From Candidatus Melainabacteria bacterium 17Bon1m (lineage in GTDB: Bacteria > Cyanobacteriota > Vampirovibrionia > Obscuribacterales > Obscuribacteraceae), in assembly GCA_032128875.1 (NCBI GenBank), contig JAVLKG010000004.1:128001-192000 (forward strand): a DNA stretch of 64,000 bases, in the 5' to 3' direction. Below the pieces are notes generated by a model, which did no database searches, was not told the origin of the DNA, and saw only the letters and a list, made by a program, of their open reading frames with translations. This document shows positions 19,418-30,335 of this stretch, one piece after another (position 1 is the stretch's first letter; every line of letters begins with the position of its first letter). The position numbers were made by a program, and so were the translations under genes.

Positions 19418-22186
19418 ATGGTGAACACCCTAGATTCAGTTGACAAGGTAGAGCAAACGATTAAGGAGCTGGGCATTCGCCGAGTCACTGAATCGAAGAA
19501 CGTAGTTGAGTATGCGCTCGACAACGGGTTGAAGGTTCTCTTCTTGGAGAATCACACCTCGCCGGTTATCACTCTTCTAGTGGTTTACAAGGTCGGCAGT
19601 CGTAACGAAGCCGTCGGTTACACCGGCTCCACTCACTTCCTGGAGCACATGCTCTTCAAAGGAACCAAGAAGCACAATGCCGAGAAAGGAAATGGCATTG
19701 ATGACCTGCTGACGCAAATCGGCGCTTATTGGAACGCCACCACCTGGTTCGACCGCACTAGTTATTTCGAGGTTGTGCCGTCTGAGTATTTGGAATTGTG
19801 CGTCGAGCTGGAAGCTGACCGTATGCGCAACTTGCTTCTGAGACAGGAAGACCACGATTCAGAAATGTCTGTAGTGCGCAACGAAATGGAGCGCGGTGAG
19901 AATTATCCGGAAGAAGCAATTGAGAAAGAGCTCTACGCAATTGCATTCCGCGAACATCCTTATCACCATCCGACTATCGGCTGGCGCTCAGACGTTGAAG
20001 GCGTCGACATGGATCGCTTGAGAGAGTTTTACAACACCTTCTATTGGCCCAACAATGCCACCGTCATTCTGGTCGGCGACTTCGAGCCATCCAAGGCGTT
20101 GGGTCATATGCACAAGTATTTCGGCAAAATTCCGAAGTCACCACACCCGATACCGCAGGTTTATACGACCGAACCGCCGCAAGAAGGCGAACGTCGGTTT
20201 GAAATCCATCGCGCCGGTGATTTGCCAAAGGTGTGGATGGGCTATCACGTGCCGGAAGCAAGTCACGCAGACAATTATCCTCTGGCTGTAATTCGCCACA
20301 TCCTCGGTTCGACCTACGAGCGCTCAAGTCGCTTGTATAAGAAGCTCATTGACTCGAGTATCGCTGCTGAGGTTTTTGCGCGTCATGATGACTTGAGAGA
20401 TCCCGCGCTCTTTATTCTGGGTGCGACACTCAATCCTGATGTTGATATTGAGAAAGCCGAGACGGCCATCTTCGAAGAACTGGAGCGTCTTGCCAAAGAG
20501 CCGGTCAACGATGATGAATTGGAGCGCGCCCGCAGCGCAAATCGTAAGGGCACCATTCTTTCTAAAGCTGATCCTTCGAGCCTCGCATTCATGCTTGGCG
20601 AAGCTGAGTCGAAAGCAGACTGGCATTGGCTCATGGACTATGATGACAAATTCGATGCAGTCACAAAAGACGACATCATGAAGACAGCAGCTAAGTACTT
20701 CGTGAAGTCGAATAGAACTGTCGGTCGCTTTTTCCCGAAAGCACTGGAAGACGGATTGACCGACTTTTCTGCGGACGAATCGGATGAAGAAGGCGATGAG
20801 ATGCCGGTAGAAGCTGCCAAATCCCATGGTAAACCGGAAGAGATTAATGTCGCTGAGTTTTTGAACAGCAGACCGCCGGTAGCAAAAGTAAAAGCTGCCA
20901 AGTCATCGACCAAGACTCCTTCTTTCGAAAGCCGTGTCGTCAAAGAAGTTTTGCCGAATGGACTGACACTTCTCTTGTTGAGAAATCCGGGCACTGAATC
21001 TATCGGCATTACCTCCACCACCAAGGCCGGGAAATTCTTCTCGTATAAAGAACCAGGCGCATTGCCTGATTTCACTGCAGATTTGATGACCAAGGGTTCG
21101 AAGAACTACGGCAAGATCGAGATTGCCGAAATTCTGGAAAACATGGGCATCTCCGGAAGCCTCGAGTTTTCTGTCGATAACTATCGCATGAGCTTTGGCT
21201 CTCACTTGGTCGCGAGCGATTTGCCGCAATTCACCGATTTGCTCGCTGACGTTATGCGCAATCCACTCTTCTTAGAAGAGGAGCTTGCGAAAACCAAAAT
21301 TGAATGGCGTGCCAGATTGACGGAAGCAATGAGCAATACCAGGCTAATGGCCTGGAATGCGGTTCGCCGTTCGCTCTATCATCCAGACCATCCTTTCTAT
21401 GAGCAAACCTATGAGGAACAGCTCCAGGAAATTGACAGCATTCACTCCGGCGATCTCAGCAAACTTCATTCGAGATTGTTCGGGCCGAAAGGCACGATTT
21501 TGACCCTTGTCGGCGATATGGATGTAGATAAGACAATCGCGTTGATGCGAGACAAATTCGGTGATTGGCAAGGCAACGATCCACTTTCGATTGAAATTCC
21601 ATCTGTCAAATTGCCTGCTAAGGGACAGCGTATCGATATTCAGTTGAAAGACAAGCGCTCAACCGATTTGATCATGGCTCATACCACAGAGCTGCAGCGC
21701 AATTCGAAAGACTTCTATGCCGCCAAGCTGGCTAACGCCGCTCTTGGCCAAGACACGATTACCTCCAGACTCGGTCAAGTGGTGCGCGACAAAGCCGGTC
21801 TGACTTATGGCATCTACTCGAGTTTCTCCGATACTGCATACGGTGCAGCTCCCTGGTCCATATCTCTGAGCGTCAATCCAGCCAACTTGGATCGCTCTCT
21901 GGCACTGGTATCGGAAGTGGTGCAAGACTATCTGAAGAACGGCATCTCAAAAGACGAGCTGGCAAAAGAGACAGGTCGTGCTCTGGGCACTTTCAAGGTC
22001 GGTTTAAGTTCGTCTCTGGGAATTGCCAGAGCTCTCACCGAGTTTGAGTTCCTGGGATTAGGTGCAAAAGAATTGGATCGAATCACCGATCACTATCTCT
22101 CTTTGACAAAAGAGAAAGTAGACGCAGCCGCGCGCAATTACTTCCACCCGGACAAGGCGGTAACCGTAGCGAGCGGTACCTTCTAA
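19418..22186 (+). CDS. M16 zinc peptidase, fused two-half form, cytoplasmic
   Basis: HFLEH motif, NATT motif, R/Y pair in the C-half (RDKAGLTY); no signal peptide. Confidence 0.93.
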   Translation: MVNTLDSVDKVEQTIKELGIRRVTESKNVVEYALDNGLKVLFLENHTSPVITLLVVYKVGSRNEAVGYTGSTHFLEHMLFKGTKKHNAEKGNGIDDLLTQIGAYWNATTWFDRTSYFEVVPSEYLELCVELEADRMRNLLLRQEDHDSEMSVVRNEMERGENYPEEAIEKELYAIAFREHPYHHPTIGWRSDVEGVDMDRLREFYNTFYWPNNATVILVGDFEPSKALGHMHKYFGKIPKSPHPIPQVYTTEPPQEGERRFEIHRAGDLPKVWMGYHVPEASHADNYPLAVIRHILGSTYERSSRLYKKLIDSSIAAEVFARHDDLRDPALFILGATLNPDVDIEKAETAIFEELERLAKEPVNDDELERARSANRKGTILSKADPSSLAFMLGEAESKADWHWLMDYDDKFDAVTKDDIMKTAAKYFVKSNRTVGRFFPKALEDGLTDFSADESDEEGDEMPVEAAKSHGKPEEINVAEFLNSRPPVAKVKAAKSSTKTPSFESRVVKEVLPNGLTLLLLRNPGTESIGITSTTKAGKFFSYKEPGALPDFTADLMTKGSKNYGKIEIAEILENMGISGSLEFSVDNYRMSFGSHLVASDLPQFTDLLADVMRNPLFLEEELAKTKIEWRARLTEAMSNTRLMAWNAVRRSLYHPDHPFYEQTYEEQLQEIDSIHSGDLSKLHSRLFGPKGTILTLVGDMDVDKTIALMRDKFGDWQGNDPLSIEIPSVKLPAKGQRIDIQLKDKRSTDLIMAHTTELQRNSKDFYAAKLANAALGQDTITSRLGQVVRDKAGLTYGIYSSFSDTAYGAAPWSISLSVNPANLDRSLALVSEVVQDYLKNGISKDELAKETGRALGTFKVGLSSSLGIARALTEFEFLGLGAKELDRITDHYLSLTKEKVDAAARNYFHPDKAVTVASGTF

Positions 22187-22349
22187 TAGAACTAAAGCCT
22201 ACCAGTAGAACCGAAGCCCAACTAAAAGTTCGACGGTCGATTGTAATTCGACTGATAACTTCATTTGAGCGACCTAAGATAAAAAAACATATCCAAGCGG
22301 TACTGTATGAGATACCATGGTGGCACTAGTCTAGAAAGCGAGTGCGCAG

Positions 22350-22973
22350 ATGACATTTACCAATCAGACCACGAGTTTTGAACCTACGAGCTTTGATCCC
22401 GCCAGTTTGGAGGGTCTTGAGCCTTTGCTGGACAAGGTTTTTTCAGCAGATCCAACTGTGCGTCTAGAGCATCCCGATGTCAGACCTTTTATGTCACCGG
22501 TGGCGAAGCTTCCCACCCGCACCACAGACAGTGGCGACATTCTAGGCGCGGATGATGACGAGATCATTTCAGGCACTTCCAGATCCTCTGAGAGCGCCGA
22601 TGCCTCGCTGGTGATCAACGAGCTGTGCGCCACAATTGATCTGTTGCGTGCCCAGTTGGCTTTTTCGAGCTCCGAACTGCGTTTTGCTAATGACAGAAAT
22701 CGATGGCTTGAAATGCAGATGGCCACCAAGGACGATCAATTGAGATTGATGCCCGATTTGATGACTCGTGCCTCGCAAGTAACCATCGCCGAGCGCGAAT
22801 TGAAAGACATTCAGCTGGATGCGGATCGCCTCCTTGAAGAGACCAGAGAAATCAGAGAAATCGCCGAGCAGCTCTCAGCCAGCCTGAACGAATCGCTCAA
22901 AGATTTGGAAGAGATTAATAAGCCAATATGGCAAAAAATCTGGGAATTCTTGATGCGTCCGATCTGGCAATAA
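22350..22973 (+). CDS. Hypothetical coiled-coil protein with C-terminal amphipathic helix
   Basis: Heptad-rich C-half ending KPIWQKIWEFLMRPIWQ. Confidence 0.7.
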   Translation: MTFTNQTTSFEPTSFDPASLEGLEPLLDKVFSADPTVRLEHPDVRPFMSPVAKLPTRTTDSGDILGADDDEIISGTSRSSESADASLVINELCATIDLLRAQLAFSSSELRFANDRNRWLEMQMATKDDQLRLMPDLMTRASQVTIAERELKDIQLDADRLLEETREIREIAEQLSASLNESLKDLEEINKPIWQKIWEFLMRPIWQ

Positions 22974-22993
22974 GCTGAGCGTAGCTATTTCGA

Positions 22994-23704
22994 ATGAAGC
23001 TGCTAGCCTCGACTTTTGCTGTGTTAATGGCTTGCTGTTTAGCTTCCGCAGCTGAGAGTAAAGGACAAAATTCCGTCCTGATCGACAGAAAAAGCAGAAG
23101 CCTATCCATAGTCAATCAGGCAGGAAGAATTTTGCTTTCGTGTCCGATAGGAATAGGCCGGGGTCCGCTGAAAGAGAAATCCAGCATGCAAGATTGCATT
23201 ACTCCCACAGGCGCATTCACGGTTGATGTTGTTCTTACCGACACGCCGGCACTCAATCAAATTGATAAAAGCACGAAGGAGCGAATCGAAAGAGATGCTC
23301 GTTTTCGGCAATTTGTGAAAGATGGGGATGGGCTTGCAAAAGTTTTCCGCACCATGAACGAGCAAGATTTCAATCGTGACGGCGCGCCGGACAAAGCATA
23401 CGGTCTTGCCTTTTTAGGCTTGCAGGGAAAAAACACAGGACCCAAGCTTATTGCCGCAGGTAAATCTGCCAGATGGTATTCAATTGCTCTACACGGAACA
23501 CCAAATGAAGCGAGAGCGATCGGTGGCGCCACCTCCGAAGGATGCATCCATCTTTCCAGAGAGTCGCTTAAGACGATCTTGGATGCGCATTTTGTTGGTG
23601 TTGGAACATCTGTATATATAAATGATGGTGTTAAAGACGTTGTTCTTGTAAAGAGAAAGTCATTCGCTGATGACAACCAAGAGCAAGTCAGGATGCGGAA
23701 TTAA
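22994..23704 (+). CDS. L,D-transpeptidase (YkuD family)
   Basis: TPTG motif, ALHGT...SEGCIHL catalytic His/Cys; signal peptide. Confidence 0.87.
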   Translation: MKLLASTFAVLMACCLASAAESKGQNSVLIDRKSRSLSIVNQAGRILLSCPIGIGRGPLKEKSSMQDCITPTGAFTVDVVLTDTPALNQIDKSTKERIERDARFRQFVKDGDGLAKVFRTMNEQDFNRDGAPDKAYGLAFLGLQGKNTGPKLIAAGKSARWYSIALHGTPNEARAIGGATSEGCIHLSRESLKTILDAHFVGVGTSVYINDGVKDVVLVKRKSFADDNQEQVRMRN

Positions 23705-23830
23705 GGTACACAAACAGAAATACCCAGCCGTTTTGTGAATTGTCAAGAGATGCAAGCATATCGAATCATGGTAATTTGTCAGCCGCCCACGAGAGTAGTC
23801 TCAATAAGTCAGAAGGGCTAAGGAGAGGTT

Positions 23831-24418
23831 ATGCGAAAAGTAGTTGCTCAGAGTGTAATGATGTCCTTGTTGACCGTTTGTCTCGGAAGCCAAAGTTTGG
23901 CTCAACATTGGACGAAGAAGCCTTTTGACGCAACATACGATGTTCAGTCCGCAGCTGGAAAGTCTTCTTTGCGCATGGTGACTGACGGACAAGGTCGTGT
24001 TCGCAATGAGATGAGCACTGCCGCAGGCAAGATGATCTCTATTCTCGACCAGCCGAACAAAGTTATGTATTCGATCATGGAATCTCAGCGCATGGTCATG
24101 AAGATGCCCTATCAAGAAACTGGTGCGGGCATTACTGACGAACAATCCGCCAAGGCGATGAATGCTAAGTCTCTTGGCACCAAAGTGATTGATGGACACC
24201 CATGCCACGGTTGGCAGACTGTATCGAAAGGTGCCACCACCGACAGTTGGACTGGTGATGATATCGGTTGCGTCGTTCTTTCGACCACCAAAGGTCCGGG
24301 ATATGACAGCAGTATGAAGCTGCTCAAATACTCTGCTGCTAAGCCGAGCCCATCGGATTTTGCGGTTCCATCAGGCTACAAAGTAATGGATATGCCGGGC
24401 TCAGCCGCGGTACGTTGA
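23831..24418 (+). CDS. Exported DUF4412-like protein
   Basis: Signal peptide, LGTKVIDGHPC, C-terminal FAVPSGYK. Confidence 0.75.
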   Translation: MRKVVAQSVMMSLLTVCLGSQSLAQHWTKKPFDATYDVQSAAGKSSLRMVTDGQGRVRNEMSTAAGKMISILDQPNKVMYSIMESQRMVMKMPYQETGAGITDEQSAKAMNAKSLGTKVIDGHPCHGWQTVSKGATTDSWTGDDIGCVVLSTTKGPGYDSSMKLLKYSAAKPSPSDFAVPSGYKVMDMPGSAAVR

Positions 24419-24434
24419 TCGTCAGGGAAAAGTA

Positions 24435-24761
24435 ATGCAAAAACAATTAGTAGTCAGAGGCTGCGCCGCATTTTTGATCACATGCGCTTCGCTGGCTTCT
24501 GGGCTCTTTTTTTCTGCCTCTGTAGCACAGCCTACGGAGCCCGAAATGCAGGTTGTTGTTGTGCCCAGACTTGATTTGGAAAAAGGCAGCACGCCGACAG
24601 AGAGCAGCCTGGAAGAGAAGAAATTAGAAAAACGTCTGGCGCCGGTTAATGCAGTTGCTGGAATATCTGAGGTTGTCGGTCGCACTCTCAAGCGCAAGAA
24701 GATGAAAGGCTCAATCATTATGATTGAAGACCTGGCGAGACCCGGCGATAAACTCGACTAG
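24435..24761 (+). CDS. Small exported SAF-domain protein (CpaB/FlgA N-terminal-like)
   Basis: VVVVPRLDLEKG...EVVGRTLKR..KGSII..EDL SAF pattern after a signal peptide. Confidence 0.65.
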   Translation: MQKQLVVRGCAAFLITCASLASGLFFSASVAQPTEPEMQVVVVPRLDLEKGSTPTESSLEEKKLEKRLAPVNAVAGISEVVGRTLKRKKMKGSIIMIEDLARPGDKLD

Positions 24762-24781
24762 AAAAACAGTGTGGTAGCGGT

Positions 24782-25501
24782 ATGTTTCCCGAAGACATTG
24801 TCACTCGCATGCTTCAAAAGTATGCATCGTGTTCTTCGTATGAGGACAGCGGCTATCTCGAGAGTTTTCTCGAAGGAGAAGAGAGAACGCACGGTTTTTA
24901 TTTGAAGTTTCGCACCTGGTACAAACGTCCGTTCCATTTTCGCTTTGAATGGATCTCGCGGGATTTTCTCGATGCTTCCTGGAAAGAATATGTAGTAGGA
25001 TGCGACGGCTCTGTCGCGTTTTCCAAAGATTTAGAAAACGGCATCAAAATACAGTCCAGTTTGAAATATGCCATTGCCGAAGCAAACACGCCTTCACGCA
25101 ACTCCATCACGCAAATTACCCAACACTTCCCTGATCTTGATTTGCTTCCGATTGCCTGGCTAGATCGTCACAAAGACCTGACCTTAATAGGCAAAGAATC
25201 CGCAAATGATATTGAGTGTTATTGTGTGGCAAGCACTGTGAAAAACCCGCATGACAAAATCATTTGGGTGTCTTGCGAAGACTACTCTCTGCGGCGCGTA
25301 AAAACTTATACTAAAGTGTCTTCGAATATTTCCAATGAAGTGTTGGACCTCGCTAAAAAGATCGCACTCAAAGAAGTAGACTCTATGGCTTTGTCTCCTA
25401 CCCAAAGACCAGAGAAGCGCTGTTATATCGAGACGAATTACGAAGAAGTGTCATTCGACAAAGAATTGCCGGATGATTTTTTCACTTTGCCTTCGGAATA
25501 A
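24782..25501 (+). CDS. Hypothetical LolA/DUF2092-like protein
   Basis: Y....SYEDSG, KRP..FRFEW, C-terminal FDKELPDDFF. Confidence 0.6.
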   Translation: MFPEDIVTRMLQKYASCSSYEDSGYLESFLEGEERTHGFYLKFRTWYKRPFHFRFEWISRDFLDASWKEYVVGCDGSVAFSKDLENGIKIQSSLKYAIAEANTPSRNSITQITQHFPDLDLLPIAWLDRHKDLTLIGKESANDIECYCVASTVKNPHDKIIWVSCEDYSLRRVKTYTKVSSNISNEVLDLAKKIALKEVDSMALSPTQRPEKRCYIETNYEEVSFDKELPDDFFTLPSE

Positions 25502-25507
25502 ACTTCG

Positions 25508-25954
25508 ATGTTTCGTAAAGCTTTGGAGGCGGACTTGCCTCACGTTCAAGAACTTGTCGATGTTTTATATCAGTCAGATCCGAACACTCAGGATGTGACC
25601 ACCAACGTCAGACGAACATTCTTGGAGTTTGAATCGAAGCCGGACAAGGGACAGTTGATTGTCTTTGAAGACAATAGCGAGATTGTCGGCTATTGCATTA
25701 TCATCTTCTTCTGGAGCAACGAGTATGGTGGCAATGTAATCGACATTGATGAAATTTGTATTGCTCAAGACAAACGCCGCTCGTCAATTGCGACCGATTT
25801 GATCAATTGGTTGGAGACAACTTTCGCAGACGATGCTGTTGGTTTTAGTTTGGAAATTGCGCATCACAACAGCCCCGCGCAAAACTTGGCTATGAAAATG
25901 GGTTTTTCACCCGTGCGAAATCAACACATGATCAAAATTACTAAGACGAAATGA
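25508..25954 (+). CDS. GNAT family N-acetyltransferase
   Basis: IDEICI..DKRRSSIA motif A, N..A..L..KMGF motif B. Confidence 0.85.
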   Translation: MFRKALEADLPHVQELVDVLYQSDPNTQDVTTNVRRTFLEFESKPDKGQLIVFEDNSEIVGYCIIIFFWSNEYGGNVIDIDEICIAQDKRRSSIATDLINWLETTFADDAVGFSLEIAHHNSPAQNLAMKMGFSPVRNQHMIKITKTK

Positions 25955-26044
25955 GGAAATAGGGAACCTGAAAGTACCGCTGCTCGGGTTGCTTTGTGGA
26001 GGGCGCTGCATGGTTTTTCCAAAGTCGTGGCAACAACCTAGCGT

Positions 26045-27460
26045 TTACTGCTGCGCGCTCATGAGCGGTTGATAGTTTTGATAAATCATAAAGACTGTTG
26101 CTTTGTCTCTTTTTGAGAGAACCGGCCAATTAGTATTAGACATCGAGAAAAACATTATGTCGTGATTGTTGGTCGAATGCCCCTGAAGTCCCATGGAATG
26201 ACCAAGTTCGTGTAGACACGTTTTCTTCATCTCTTCATCGGAAAGTGGCTCTTGAGTTTGTCTGTCGATTGTCAAAATACGAATGTCGGCACGATCGATT
26301 TCGATGCAATCTTTTCCTCTGTCCACGGTAGACAACAGGCAGACTCCCTGCTCGACGTTGTGTCCTGTTGGTTTGACAGAGTGTGGATCACCTGTCCATT
26401 CCGCGGTGAGATCAGCTTGCTCTTTTGAATTGACAAGCACATATTGAAGACGCCCTTGTCCTGCTTTCATCCATGCATTGAGTGCATCGAAAAATCCAAG
26501 GCGAAATTCAGGTTTATAACCTGGCACTCCGTCGCCCATTGAAACCCAGACTTTAATCGGCAAGCGATTAGGCGGCCAGCGGTAAAAGCGTCCATTGTCG
26601 CTGATGGCACCACCGTAATCGAGCGCTTGCGGATCTGATCTTTGCTCCGAGCTTTTTTCAGTCAGTGCTTGAATCATGTTGTGAATTTGATCGATGTCCG
26701 GCGCGTTTGGATTGTTGGAAGCATATTTTTTCAGCCAGCTGACAGCCTTCATCAATTGGCCGCTTGTCTGATAGCACTCCGCCATGTTCAAAAGAGCTGA
26801 CGAGTGACGCGGGTTGACTTGTAATAGATCTTCGTATGCCCGGATTGCACCTTGTGTATCTCCGAGTTCTGATTTCGCGCGAGCCAGAGCGAATAAAACT
26901 ATTTCCGAGTTGGGAGAGATTTGCAGAGCGCGCTCAAGAGTTTGCTTTGCGTCGAAATTGCGCTTCTCCTTCATTTGAGCCTTGGCGTGGGCCACGAGCA
27001 ATTCTGCTTCTACCTCCTTGGCATTGGATGCGTTGGGATTCTCCCTAAGATACTTGTGAAACCAGGGTATCGCCTGCAGTTCCATGCCCGCATCTATGCA
27101 TGCGTATGCGGCATTCAAACATGCTTCAGGAAATGGGTTCCGCAAGCGCACAGCTTGCTGATAACACTCTATAGCTCTCGTGTATTCTCGAGACCGCAAA
27201 TGGGCATTGCCCAGCTCGAAATGCAAAATCGCCGAACGCGGCATTGCTGCCAACTCGCCGTTGAGAAAGAAAATCGCATCCTGTAATTTACCGGAGTGCA
27301 TCATACTTTCCGCTTTTTTCGCCGAGCGGTTTTCAGCATTCACTTCCTCTTGTGTCTTTTGTCCTTGTGCAAGTGACTGATTCGACAAGTTAAGGAGAGT
27401 ACATGCCGAGAAGAGCATGAGCATGCATGTATGAATCGACTTTCTTGATTGCCTGTACAT
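26045..27460 (-). CDS. TPR-containing matrixin (M10/metzincin) metalloprotease, exported
   Basis: TPRs followed by HELGHSMGLQGH and Met-turn (DIMF). Confidence 0.9.
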   Translation of the reverse strand: MYRQSRKSIHTCMLMLFSACTLLNLSNQSLAQGQKTQEEVNAENRSAKKAESMMHSGKLQDAIFFLNGELAAMPRSAILHFELGNAHLRSREYTRAIECYQQAVRLRNPFPEACLNAAYACIDAGMELQAIPWFHKYLRENPNASNAKEVEAELLVAHAKAQMKEKRNFDAKQTLERALQISPNSEIVLFALARAKSELGDTQGAIRAYEDLLQVNPRHSSALLNMAECYQTSGQLMKAVSWLKKYASNNPNAPDIDQIHNMIQALTEKSSEQRSDPQALDYGGAISDNGRFYRWPPNRLPIKVWVSMGDGVPGYKPEFRLGFFDALNAWMKAGQGRLQYVLVNSKEQADLTAEWTGDPHSVKPTGHNVEQGVCLLSTVDRGKDCIEIDRADIRILTIDRQTQEPLSDEEMKKTCLHELGHSMGLQGHSTNNHDIMFFSMSNTNWPVLSKRDKATVFMIYQNYQPLMSAQQ

Positions 27461-27571
27461 AGAAGCTTAAATACCGACGATTCTGAATACTTACCCGTGG
27501 CGAAAGCCTTGTAATCGACCTTATGGGACTTCCGGGGCGCTCATTCGGTAGAATCAATACGGAGGTGTCCT

Positions 27572-28141
27572 GTGCTTTACGCGACGGCAACTATAAGCTG
27601 GATTTTTACGCTAATTGTGTCGGCAGGCTGGCGAGATTTGGATGCCGGTGCCCGTGCGGCAATGCGTGAAGGTCGTTTGGCTGAAGCCGAGTCGCAGTGG
27701 AAGGACGCTATTGCTCGCGCAGAGAGTGATAAAGAGATAAATCCCGGCGTCGTTGATTGTTTGATCGGTCTTGCCTGGCTATACGACAAACGTGGAGACA
27801 CGGCCGAATCGGAGCGATTGTACGAATTGGCGATGCGAACAGTTGAGGGCGTTAAAGGCGGTGACAGTGCTGCATATGCCGATCGGTTGCCGGATCTGGC
27901 GGCGCTTTACCGTCGGCACGGCAAAAGCTGGCATTCTGATTTGCTGTTTCAGCGCCTCATAAAAATCCGCGAGAATACAAGCGGCAAAATTTCTCCTCAA
28001 GCTGCTTCTGCTCTTGAGATGTATAGCCGTTTTTTGCAATCAGAAGGTCGCCAGGCAGAAGCAACGAAAATGGCAGAGAAGGCGCATACAATTAGGGATT
28101 CGCTTAGAGATTCGCAGTCTGATACGCCACCAGTGCAGTAG
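27572..28141 (+). CDS. TPR protein
   Basis: KLC-type TPR pattern; GGAGG SD before GTG start. Confidence 0.75.
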   Translation: MLYATATISWIFTLIVSAGWRDLDAGARAAMREGRLAEAESQWKDAIARAESDKEINPGVVDCLIGLAWLYDKRGDTAESERLYELAMRTVEGVKGGDSAAYADRLPDLAALYRRHGKSWHSDLLFQRLIKIRENTSGKISPQAASALEMYSRFLQSEGRQAEATKMAEKAHTIRDSLRDSQSDTPPVQ

Positions 28142-28212
28142 TTCACTGGATAAAACGGTAAAAGGCAGACTGTCTTATGTTTCTTTATCGAACTTCAACG
28201 GGGGATATTCGG

Positions 28213-29001
28213 ATGAAGACGGACGAAGTTGCTGCCTATTGGGAGAAAAACGCAACCGCCTGGACGACTATGGCTCGACAGGGTTTTGATGTTTGTCGAA
28301 ACCATTTGAACGCGCCTGGTTTTCTTAAAATGCTCCCTGATGTGAATGGGCTTAAAGGGCTGGACGTTGGCTGCGGTGAAGGTTTTAACACGCGCATGGT
28401 GGCTGCTCGTGGTGCGCAAATGACGGGGATAGACATCCGCCAGAAGTTTCTCGATTACGCTAAAGAGAATGAAAAGACTGAATCTCACGGCATCACCTTT
28501 CAGCACGCCAGCGCTCAAGCATTACCTTTCGCAGATGATAGTTTTGATTTTGTTATGTCCACGATGGCGATGATGGACATGCCTGATATTCCGCGCGCGG
28601 CACGCGAGGTTTTTCGTGTTTTGAAACCGGGTGGCTTTTTTCAGTTTTCCATCTGCCATCCGTGTTTTCAAACTTCTCTATTCGAGTGGACTCGCGATGA
28701 AAATGGTGACCCCACTGGGCTTATCTGCGGAGACTATTTCCACGAAGAAATGGAAAAGATTTTGGAATGGACGTTTACGAACGCTCCTGAAGAGATGAAA
28801 AACGAATTTGGCAATTTTGTGATTCCCACCTATTACAAAACCTTGAGCGGTTGGCTGAACATGCTTCTCGACATCGGTTTTGTGTTGGAAAGATTTTTGG
28901 AGCCTTGTCCTGACGCGCAAACGCTGGAAAAGTATCCTGCTTTGAAAGGCGCTGCAAAGGTTGCTCTATTTCTCCATATTCGTTGTCGCAAACCGTTTTG
29001 A
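28213..29001 (+). CDS. Class I SAM-dependent methyltransferase
   Basis: LDVGCGEG, LPFADDSFD, RVLKPGG. Confidence 0.92.
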   Translation: MKTDEVAAYWEKNATAWTTMARQGFDVCRNHLNAPGFLKMLPDVNGLKGLDVGCGEGFNTRMVAARGAQMTGIDIRQKFLDYAKENEKTESHGITFQHASAQALPFADDSFDFVMSTMAMMDMPDIPRAAREVFRVLKPGGFFQFSICHPCFQTSLFEWTRDENGDPTGLICGDYFHEEMEKILEWTFTNAPEEMKNEFGNFVIPTYYKTLSGWLNMLLDIGFVLERFLEPCPDAQTLEKYPALKGAAKVALFLHIRCRKPF

Positions 29002-29077
29002 GCTGTGGATCTGCTATCTTTCTTACACTTAGTCTTTGTATTGTCAGTAGAATATGACTACGTATCGCTACTGAGTT

Positions 29078-30286
29078 ATGCCTGGGGGCAAGGTGTCTAA
29101 GCGGCCGATTCCGGTATTGATTGGTGACCTTTTGGTTAAGTCTGACTTGATCAGTCTTGGTCAGCTCGCCGACGCATTGCCGATTTCGCAGAAGACAGGA
29201 TTGCCGGTCGGTCGCGTACTTGTTTCTTCCGGGTTCATCACTGAAGACCGGCTGCATTCTGCGCTCATGGCTCAAAGTTTGATCCGTGACAAGCTGCTGA
29301 ATGTTGAATACGCTGTCCTGGCATTGCGTAAGACAGGCGAGAAAGACATCAATCTCGATGATGCTTTGCGTGAGGTCGGCTGGCGATCGGAGTATTTTGA
29401 GTTTACGAACAAGCTGGGACAGTTGCTTGTAGAAGCAGAGCTTGTCAACACGGACCAGTTAGAAGACGCGCTTCAAACATGCTTTAACACCGGGCTGCCG
29501 CTCGGTCGAATTCTTGTTCTCAAAGGCGTCATGAACGACATGACGGCGTATGCTGCACTGACGGCGCAGCAACTGATTCGCCAGGGAAAAATTACACGCC
29601 AGCAGGCAATGGAAGCGCTTGCAGTCTCAGCAGAAAAGAACACTTCATTGGAAGAGTCTTTGGCTTTGCATGGTCATTACCAAGTTCAGCAAAACAATGC
29701 AGTCAGACTTGGTGAGCTTCTTGTTCTTGCCGAATTGGTAAGCGAAATTGATTTGCTTACTGCCGTAGAACGCGGCATTGTTGATGAACTGCCAATTGGG
29801 CAGGTTCTTACTCAAGCAAAATTGATCAGTTATTCAACTCTGGTCGACGCGCTCAAAGTGCAAGAACTTGTTTGCGCTCGGGTTTTGAACCCGCTGGAAG
29901 CTGCCGAAGTTTTGAAATTGACCAAGGCTCGTGGTATTGCCATTCCGCAAGCTGTCTCTGAGGTGACCAAGCGAACTCAGACCGAGAAGAGTCGCGGCTT
30001 GACCATGCTGGAGCTTTTGAAGATGGTGCGCTTGATTCCGGATACCGACATGGAAATGGTGCTGCAGCAGAGCAGCCGTACGGGCACTCCTGTGGAGAAT
30101 ATCCTTCTCACTACCGGTCTTATCGATTCAGCTACGCTGCAGGTTGCACTGCGCTGCCACCAGTTGATGAGCGACGGTTATTTGACGCACGAACAAGCAA
30201 TCTTCGCGTTGCACCACTACGTCTGGAGCAAAGAAGATTTTCAGTTGATTATGGAAAAACTGGGCTGGGTTTCGCCTCAGCGTTAG
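29078..30286 (+). CDS. Protein built of tandem MshEN-like (T2SSE_N) repeats
   Basis: Repeated (R/K/P)(L/I/V)G.(L/V/I)L(V/T).....I....L..AL units; no ATPase domain. Confidence 0.75.
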   Translation: MPGGKVSKRPIPVLIGDLLVKSDLISLGQLADALPISQKTGLPVGRVLVSSGFITEDRLHSALMAQSLIRDKLLNVEYAVLALRKTGEKDINLDDALREVGWRSEYFEFTNKLGQLLVEAELVNTDQLEDALQTCFNTGLPLGRILVLKGVMNDMTAYAALTAQQLIRQGKITRQQAMEALAVSAEKNTSLEESLALHGHYQVQQNNAVRLGELLVLAELVSEIDLLTAVERGIVDELPIGQVLTQAKLISYSTLVDALKVQELVCARVLNPLEAAEVLKLTKARGIAIPQAVSEVTKRTQTEKSRGLTMLELLKMVRLIPDTDMEMVLQQSSRTGTPVENILLTTGLIDSATLQVALRCHQLMSDGYLTHEQAIFALHHYVWSKEDFQLIMEKLGWVSPQR

Positions 30287-30335
30287 TTCTTACGCGTGAG
30301 CGCAAGTCTTTTGCGTGAAGACTCTGTCTTTCGCT

